Source of the DNA: a virus
Lineage: Duplodnaviria; Caudoviricetes
Direction: 5' to 3' (one strand)
Length of the DNA: 64,000 nucleotides
IMG/VR virus record: IMGVR_UViG_3300037400_002732
Location: 96,001-160,000 of that record
A program made the translations under genes and the position numbers. Within the stretch, counting starts at the first letter, position 1. Every line of letters starts with the position of its first letter. A model generated the notes under the pieces. The model ran no database searches and was not told where the DNA came from. It was given only the letters and a program-made list of their open reading frames with translations. Shown here piece by piece: positions 59,201 to 64,000 of this stretch.

Positions 59201-60063
59201 TTAGCGGCGTTGTAAACAAGACGACGACCGTAGATCAAATTTATTCAGACTGGAAATCGGTGTACTTGCATGGTGTTGAGCTGAACCCGGCATTCCGTAT
59301 GGAAATTATTAATGCGAATAATCGTGTGGCTGGTGTTACTTACTTGGCTTATGCGCCAGCTCTGCCTACAACCAATACTATTTATTCATATTACCAAGCG
59401 AACCTAAGTGCTTCGGAAGGTGCGGTTCCATCAGTAACCTTGTTTACGTCTAAATTTAGTCATGGTGGCGCTGGCGTTGAACCGACAAACCTGAAGGATG
59501 TGTGGGCTGTTACTCTGAATCAAGCGAGCGTGTCTTCTGCGCCGCAAGCTACATGGAAACGTATTATTCGCGACTTAATCATTACGGTTTCTGGCGGCAC
59601 CATTACGGTTGAATTTTTCATCTGTCGTGGAATGTTGCGTACGAGCTATTCGCTGCCGTCGAAGCTTGGTACTGCAGCATCGACAACAAATCGTCTCGTA
59701 GCCAATACGGCGAGCGGCGCACCTTGTGCAAATTTGGCTAGCAATTCTCAAGTGATCCATCTTCCGATCGACCCAGTAACTGCCGCTAAATTGTCTACGG
59801 CGGTAAATGGGGCTGGTGTAGTTAGTCAGTTGCATGGACGCGCATACTTTACTGGTAATGTCAATGTGTCGGTCGTAGGAACGTTTGCCCAGTCAACTCC
59901 GGCGCTTGTTTATGATCGTTCGTCGGATACCGACTCGATGAACACGTTGGGCAATACATATTATGGCCCTACATTGGCTATTAACATTGGTGGTTTGAAT
60001 AATAGTGATCTTTCTGATATTGATTACTACGTTTGCCTAGAAGGAGCAGTACAAAATGGCTAG
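56287..60063 (+). CDS. Tail fibre/adhesin-like protein
   Basis: YadA-head-like repeats (AIGGKYN, IIAGHDN, VIAGGVYN, ALGYNN); S/T/A-rich C-terminus. Confidence 0.65.
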   Translation: MANQHANLHELTKQLDVLTWNARSVLNALIRSAMKAGSSSGFTVQRAGETIQMTKEDIFKIYNFYEKWESLGYPNDEETFNALLDAENAYYQGSDEVTESLVKHAKTIWQDTTNKGSDTEYWINRIRTTENVKWFTNTAPIPLNIRTPIYDENLSTKTYDSYETYLFPSSYYAIDTLGYVGDGSTHTAGGNEWLFDVQNRFSVHTDVIQLGYQDNDIVELYASLYSDKTPKCALEGGINSGAFDECSFAYGIDNQVNNVCAVAIGGKYNLVTGSSAGIIAGHDNTAAMGNGVIAGGVYNKLGSGTEGFAANSYNNVGGYSYEFTRYIGNSGSVTECDPTYTPPDRPNCTYYYAGLDATTGAGGSSLGLNQFYVSNKTVTASGMLGAGLQISSGSENGQTSPFDFKISDLVTLFAISVTNRHAKGCKSVVATVTNIEKHTAKGIVPMSSPDLADGYVVTINKDFTAKTFTDLGGYSISGGYVCRHVAQDYPMVNTFNEWIDTYPHQCSDSAALGYNNIAAGRGQVVVGASNIELLRPNFIVGSGSSYINANDFHRENSFVSSPHYTYMMSSRYIVSGVAQFTTAYIHGDPDWESAREYDEDYLHGVEKYAGFFAYSNNWYYEDEGRAVLRVFHEKSVLAIGENGLVLYEPKTEKNEQTRTVWNELYSRNGGIALHSGSFLESGEQTVDNNWLDFYNNWTGRTATPGDDHSITIWAKGDVGMHGGTMWLHSSNYIHMECNALTISGNTRAALSAQPTNYGVECYNKAAARIDTIKDCGHFYVDKSESGMLNDYDLGTQFKNLQSNSYHVFTSSKLISHAASGDTYDVAQIVIPANLLPSCNRAIRGSDMIPHPMVISNRMTHYPTNIQNDVTGRDSNLGGYLYEELAYLSDIKTMQTKVMQNMSAPAYTSYYGNVCRVDMDSVVAGYSAASVQDTYLASLTDAAAATSFNAANTVSSYSAGSDGGYKLVRSSGFSGVVNKTTTVDQIYSDWKSVYLHGVELNPAFRMEIINANNRVAGVTYLAYAPALPTTNTIYSYYQANLSASEGAVPSVTLFTSKFSHGGAGVEPTNLKDVWAVTLNQASVSSAPQATWKRIIRDLIITVSGGTITVEFFICRGMLRTSYSLPSKLGTAASTTNRLVANTASGAPCANLASNSQVIHLPIDPVTAAKLSTAVNGAGVVSQLHGRAYFTGNVNVSVVGTFAQSTPALVYDRSSDTDSMNTLGNTYYGPTLAINIGGLNNSDLSDIDYYVCLEGAVQNG

Positions 60064-61981
60064 TAAGCAGTTAGACTTGCTTGATGTTAACCCGCTTGAG
60101 CATATTACTGGCGATGTTGCGATATCGCAGCACAATTACGAGTCTGTGATGAACGGACTTGTCCAGTGGGATCAGAGCCGCGCAGACAAAGTTACTATCC
60201 GTATCGCTACTAGGACGGAACCTTACTTTGTTGACTATACGATCCCTACTAAGTATTTCTATGACAAGAACTACGGTGTAATAAATACTGCGGTTCTACT
60301 CGACCCAAGCAATTTCGCCTACAAGAATCGCATGAAGATGACTGCGGCAAAGGACGACGATGTCACGCTTCGTATAAATTCAGTCGATACTGGCGACGTC
60401 CCTTGGAAACTGTATGAAGATGTTACTGTATATGACGAAGTAAAGTATGAACCGTATGTGGATGATGGAGTTGTCATTGAAAATACCTATGTCGTCCACA
60501 GACAAGCGAAGTTTACTCGTTCGTATGCAACTGGTCTCTATTTCCGTACATACGACGAAAATGCGCACCGTTTTGTAATTTACAAGACGCTAGTCGATAT
60601 TGAGGCGAATGCCGACTTGCCTACATTGGAAGTTGATGGCCGATTGGTTGATACATCGACTACGCCTCCTACAGATTTGGCTATTCGTGTGTGCATGGAA
60701 GGTGACTCGATAAAACCGACACCGCTTGCGATTTCTACGTCTATGTACTATAGCACCGCTGCGATGTATAACAGTGTGTTCGTCAGAATTCTCAACTCAC
60801 AAGTCAGTATGACTAGTAGATTCACCGCATCGAATAGCGGTTATGAACAGTATTGCGCGTACTACGACATGGACAAGGCGGCTTTATATACCGAAGGAAC
60901 CTTGGTTTATTATGAAGGCGACTTTTTCGTATGTTTAGTCGATCATCCTACGACAACTCCGGTGTATATTGCGCCGACTGTAGATGGAGATACTTGTGGG
61001 TTCCATCCAAATGAATGGGCTCGTGTGCTTCCTATGCCGTTTACTAGGGCGACCATTGAGGGCTCTGGTACAATCCGTTATAAGGCTACCACCGATGTCA
61101 ACGGTTATATTTTCCGTAACGTAGGTACTCGTGCATCAGGTGACCATACTAGCATTTCGGTAACCGGAAATATCGCGATTGCTGGAAATAGTACCCCGCA
61201 GCCTACTGGGCTTAATGTGTTGCAGACCAGTAACTATGCAAACTGGCCGGAGCATATGTCAAGCAAGTGGCTTGACGGTTCAAGCTATCGTACTATTGAC
61301 TCCATTAGCGCGTTTGGCAAGCAAGACTATTCCGCTGTTATGGTGTTTAAACATTTTGGCGACGAGGAACATTTCCGTTACAAGAATATCATCAACTACG
61401 ACGGCCCAGACCTTGACCAAGGATTATGCATTATGCTTCCGGTCAAGATTACCGACAGTCAGAACGTCATGCATGAGCCGATGGACGGTATGGTTATTGA
61501 GTTCATGTTCAATATATGGCCTAACCACAAGTACGACGGTCGAGACGTGAATGATCTTATTATCAACAAATCTCAAATTTATGTGTATAGCGTTCCGGAC
61601 TATACTGAATATCTCATCAATGGGTTTACCGTTCGTACGGTTGAACCTATCGCAAAGTTCAGTATGGCTCGATTGACGAACTTCTACATCTTTGCCGAGA
61701 ATGTCGGTGTGCCCGATAGGCCGGTATGCTACAAGGCTCGATTCATTTATTCGAAGAAGGAACAGCGCTGGAAGACATATGACTACTACCAGCTTCCAGA
61801 CCATATATTCCTATCTCCGAACGGATTTGTTGATCCGTCGCAGCCGGAAGCGTACGGTGTACAGACCGGAGGATTCCCTCTTTATCAGAATCCTTTCAGT
61901 AGCTATGACTTGTCTGCAATCCATGTCGATGAAAACTATCGAAATCAGTTGCAACGACCTGGCGAAGATCCAGAAGCTTAA
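60056..61981 (+). CDS. Putative virion/fibre-associated protein
   Basis: Overlaps the upstream gene; carbohydrate-binding-like YTEGTLVYYEGDFFVCL..P..W module. Confidence 0.55.
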   Translation: MASKQLDLLDVNPLEHITGDVAISQHNYESVMNGLVQWDQSRADKVTIRIATRTEPYFVDYTIPTKYFYDKNYGVINTAVLLDPSNFAYKNRMKMTAAKDDDVTLRINSVDTGDVPWKLYEDVTVYDEVKYEPYVDDGVVIENTYVVHRQAKFTRSYATGLYFRTYDENAHRFVIYKTLVDIEANADLPTLEVDGRLVDTSTTPPTDLAIRVCMEGDSIKPTPLAISTSMYYSTAAMYNSVFVRILNSQVSMTSRFTASNSGYEQYCAYYDMDKAALYTEGTLVYYEGDFFVCLVDHPTTTPVYIAPTVDGDTCGFHPNEWARVLPMPFTRATIEGSGTIRYKATTDVNGYIFRNVGTRASGDHTSISVTGNIAIAGNSTPQPTGLNVLQTSNYANWPEHMSSKWLDGSSYRTIDSISAFGKQDYSAVMVFKHFGDEEHFRYKNIINYDGPDLDQGLCIMLPVKITDSQNVMHEPMDGMVIEFMFNIWPNHKYDGRDVNDLIINKSQIYVYSVPDYTEYLINGFTVRTVEPIAKFSMARLTNFYIFAENVGVPDRPVCYKARFIYSKKEQRWKTYDYYQLPDHIFLSPNGFVDPSQPEAYGVQTGGFPLYQNPFSSYDLSAIHVDENYRNQLQRPGEDPEA

Positions 61982-61983
61982 TC

Positions 61984-62013
61984 AAGAACCTTGCCAATAG
62001 GCAAGGTTTTCTT
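61984..62013 (+). terminator. Rho-independent terminator
   Basis: AACCTTGCC-AATA-GGCAAGGTT followed by TTCTT. Confidence 0.8.
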
Positions 62014-62029
62014 CTGTGTCCTCGATACG

Positions 62030-62041
62030 AACTGATAAACT
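62030..62041 (+). promoter_or_regulatory. Late promoter motif AACTGATAAACT
   Basis: Perfect copy 26 nt before ATG 62068. Confidence 0.75.
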
Positions 62042-62067
62042 GCGTATAGCTTTTGAAACTATGCGAC

Positions 62068-64000
62068 ATGGACGAACGCGAACTGCCGACTAACAAAATA
62101 CACGACTATGTGACATGGCCTACTACGACGCCGATTTTTGAAGATGGCCGTGGTGGTCTTGCGTTCCCTGAACAGAATAACAGTAATTGTCATTTTGATG
62201 AAAATGGGGATTTGGTAACTGACCGTAAACTGGTATCAGCTAACGTGTCGGCTGGCGTTGTTTATACAGACGGTAATAATCCGATTACTTCGTCGGATAT
62301 TGTCTATCAGCCTAGTTATTCGGTTGAAATTAGACCGGATGTACTAAGCTTTAAGGTAAAATCATTTACGTATAGCAACGGTTCTGGTACGATTACACTG
62401 GTCGATAGCTTGACTAGCCAGCTGGTGCCGTACTTGAATACGTCAGCAACGTTTTTTGCGGCAACTCCAGATACATTGGAATGTACTAAATTGGTGTCGG
62501 CTGATATTGCTGTAAATCCAGTTGAAGGCGATACAATCGAGTTTACTACTTCCGACTTGGTCGTTGACGGCGTAGATGTGCCGTTCGACATGACTACAGG
62601 CATATCGTTCGACTTGCTGATTTCGCTGAAGGATATTAGCTCGGATACTATATATGCATACTTGGCTAATCAAGACGATTCCTCGCAGAATGGCGTTTAT
62701 GCTTATACGTCTGGCCACGTAACAAGGGTTGCATCTAGCCCGATTGATCCGGACATCGATGCGAATCAGTTGTTGTCTGATCCTACTGTAAATGACAATG
62801 TCGAATGTTGTCACCATTACCGCAAGTCATACTCGCATAAAGAAGTTCATGACCGTGTCTACAACTTGGTCGGAAAGGTTACTGGTTTTGGTGTCAAGTC
62901 GATGTCATTCTCGAATTGTGATGGCGGCTTGATTGATTGGTTTACTTCGATAGGAAAGGTGAATTTAGGTAATGGGCATTCAAGTGTGTTCGTTAACGGA
63001 TTTGGTCTAGGTCAGATGTACAAGGCCGCATTGTCTAGCGAAGCCGAATATCCTGTACTTCCTAAAGATGGTTTTGATGAGAATGATGGCGTACTACATC
63101 CATGGCTTCAATGGGCATACGGTACACGATATGACGCCAAGACTAGTACGGATATTTGCGCATTGCCTCGTGACTGGCCGTTTACTCATTTAACGGCGAC
63201 CGAGGAACAGCCTATTTTCAACAAGCTTACTGATACGAATAACATAACTCTGGTAAGAAAGTGTTCTGCCGGTGTTGGCAATTTGGAAATGGATCGTATC
63301 GAGTATGATGACGAGACCGGAGATCCCAAAATCGATCCGGATACTGGTGAACCTATTACTAGCAAGGTATATTACAACAAGCACCACATTGTGCTGTATC
63401 CAGACTATACCGCAATCACTAACAAGGAAGGTTATTCCGACGGAAGTGTAGTGGTTAAACCGTTGTTTGTCCATCTGCCAGCGCCGATCGATACAAAGGA
63501 CGGCGAAACTATCGATATTACGTTCTCTATACAGAATGTCGATCCTAATGCATTCGGAGATACTAGTACATCGGAGAACGCGAAGAAAGCGTTGAGCGGT
63601 TATTATGCGGCCATGTCTCGTCCGCGTGTTTATGTGATGGGTGGCGTACAAAAGTTCAGCAATAAGAAGCTACCGATTACGGTCGATCTGGTTAATGGTG
63701 AATATGTCGCTACGTCTACGAAGCTCGCGTATGCAAACGACGGAATTACGCCTCTTGCTGTTGTTGGCGAGGAAGGAACCGCCATACGAGCTAATGTTAT
63801 CGTAATGAACAGAAACTCGACTGGCGAGCGTCACTCATTTACTATGTATGGGTGGTTGACTAAGAACAGTGTTGAAGATGGCGGAGCTACCATAAAGTTC
63901 GATACATCCGATGGGAAGTATTTCCCGTATGACAACGTCAGCGGCCCAGATAGAAGTGCGCTGGAGTTTGCTATATGCGGAATGGCGTACCTGGAGGCTG
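62068..64000 (+). CDS. Large putative virion protein, running off the window end (not in the ORF track)
   Basis: Manually translated from MDERELPTNK with no stop seen; contains the NQDDSSQNGVY fibre-type module. Confidence 0.75.
   Translation, partial: MDERELPTNKIHDYVTWPTTTPIFEDGRGGLAFPEQNNSNCHFDENGDLVTDRKLVSANVSAGVVYTDGNNPITSSDIVYQPSYSVEIRPDVLSFKVKSFTYSNGSGTITLVDSLTSQLVPYLNTSATFFAATPDTLECTKLVSADIAVNPVEGDTIEFTTSDLVVDGVDVPFDMTTGISFDLLISLKDISSDTIYAYLANQDDSSQNGVYAYTSGHVTRVASSPIDPDIDANQLLSDPTVNDNVECCHHYRKSYSHKEVHDRVYNLVGKVTGFGVKSMSFSNCDGGLIDWFTSIGKVNLGNGHSSVFVNGFGLGQMYKAALSSEAEYPVLPKDGFDENDGVLHPWLQWAYGTRYDAKTSTDICALPRDWPFTHLTATEEQPIFNKLTDTNNITLVRKCSAGVGNLEMDRIEYDDETGDPKIDPDTGEPITSKVYYNKHHIVLYPDYTAITNKEGYSDGSVVVKPLFVHLPAPIDTKDGETIDITFSIQNVDPNAFGDTSTSENAKKALSGYYAAMSRPRVYVMGGVQKFSNKKLPITVDLVNGEYVATSTKLAYANDGITPLAVVGEEGTAIRANVIVMNRNSTGERHSFTMYGWLTKNSVEDGGATIKFDTSDGKYFPYDNVSGPDRSALEFAICGMAYLEA

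Noticed and set aside
1-64000. Stop-codon reassignment
   Set aside because: Core genes are full length in code 11, coding density is high, and TAG, TGA and TAA all end genes at sensible boundaries.
1-64000. tRNA, rRNA, introns, inteins, transposases, integrase
   Set aside because: None recognised; intergenic gaps are short and explained by promoters and terminators. Small ncRNAs cannot be excluded without Infernal.

Overview
This window is a 64-kb segment of a large, very divergent T4-superfamily myovirus (jumbo-phage-like) using the standard genetic code. Left part: a Pol-A/T7-RNAP-superfamily polymerase-like gene, a structured AT-rich intergenic region (candidate origin), a UvsW helicase, an RNase H/5'-3' exonuclease, a glycosyltransferase-like gene and gp46/SbcC. 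Most of the rest is a rearranged virion module: portal gp20, capsid gp23, gp67/gp21/gp22, late sigma gp55, gp13/14/15, baseplate gp6/gp7-like and several large fibre-like genes. Accessory genes are interspersed (Hsp20, ferritin-like, DUF4032-like, AAA ATPase, GT2-TPR). Protein assignments come from motif recognition only; no database search was run. The most notable non-gene signals are: (1) about 10-fold depletion of the asymmetric tetramer CAGG/CCTG plus near absence of GGWCC (manual counts); (2) near-identical 16-nt 'anti-RBS/anti-start' elements between stop codons and terminators; (3) a late promoter motif AACTGATAAACT before about 16 virion genes; (4) a sigma54-type promoter on the phage Hsp20 gene. 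No tRNA, rRNA or CRISPR array was seen.
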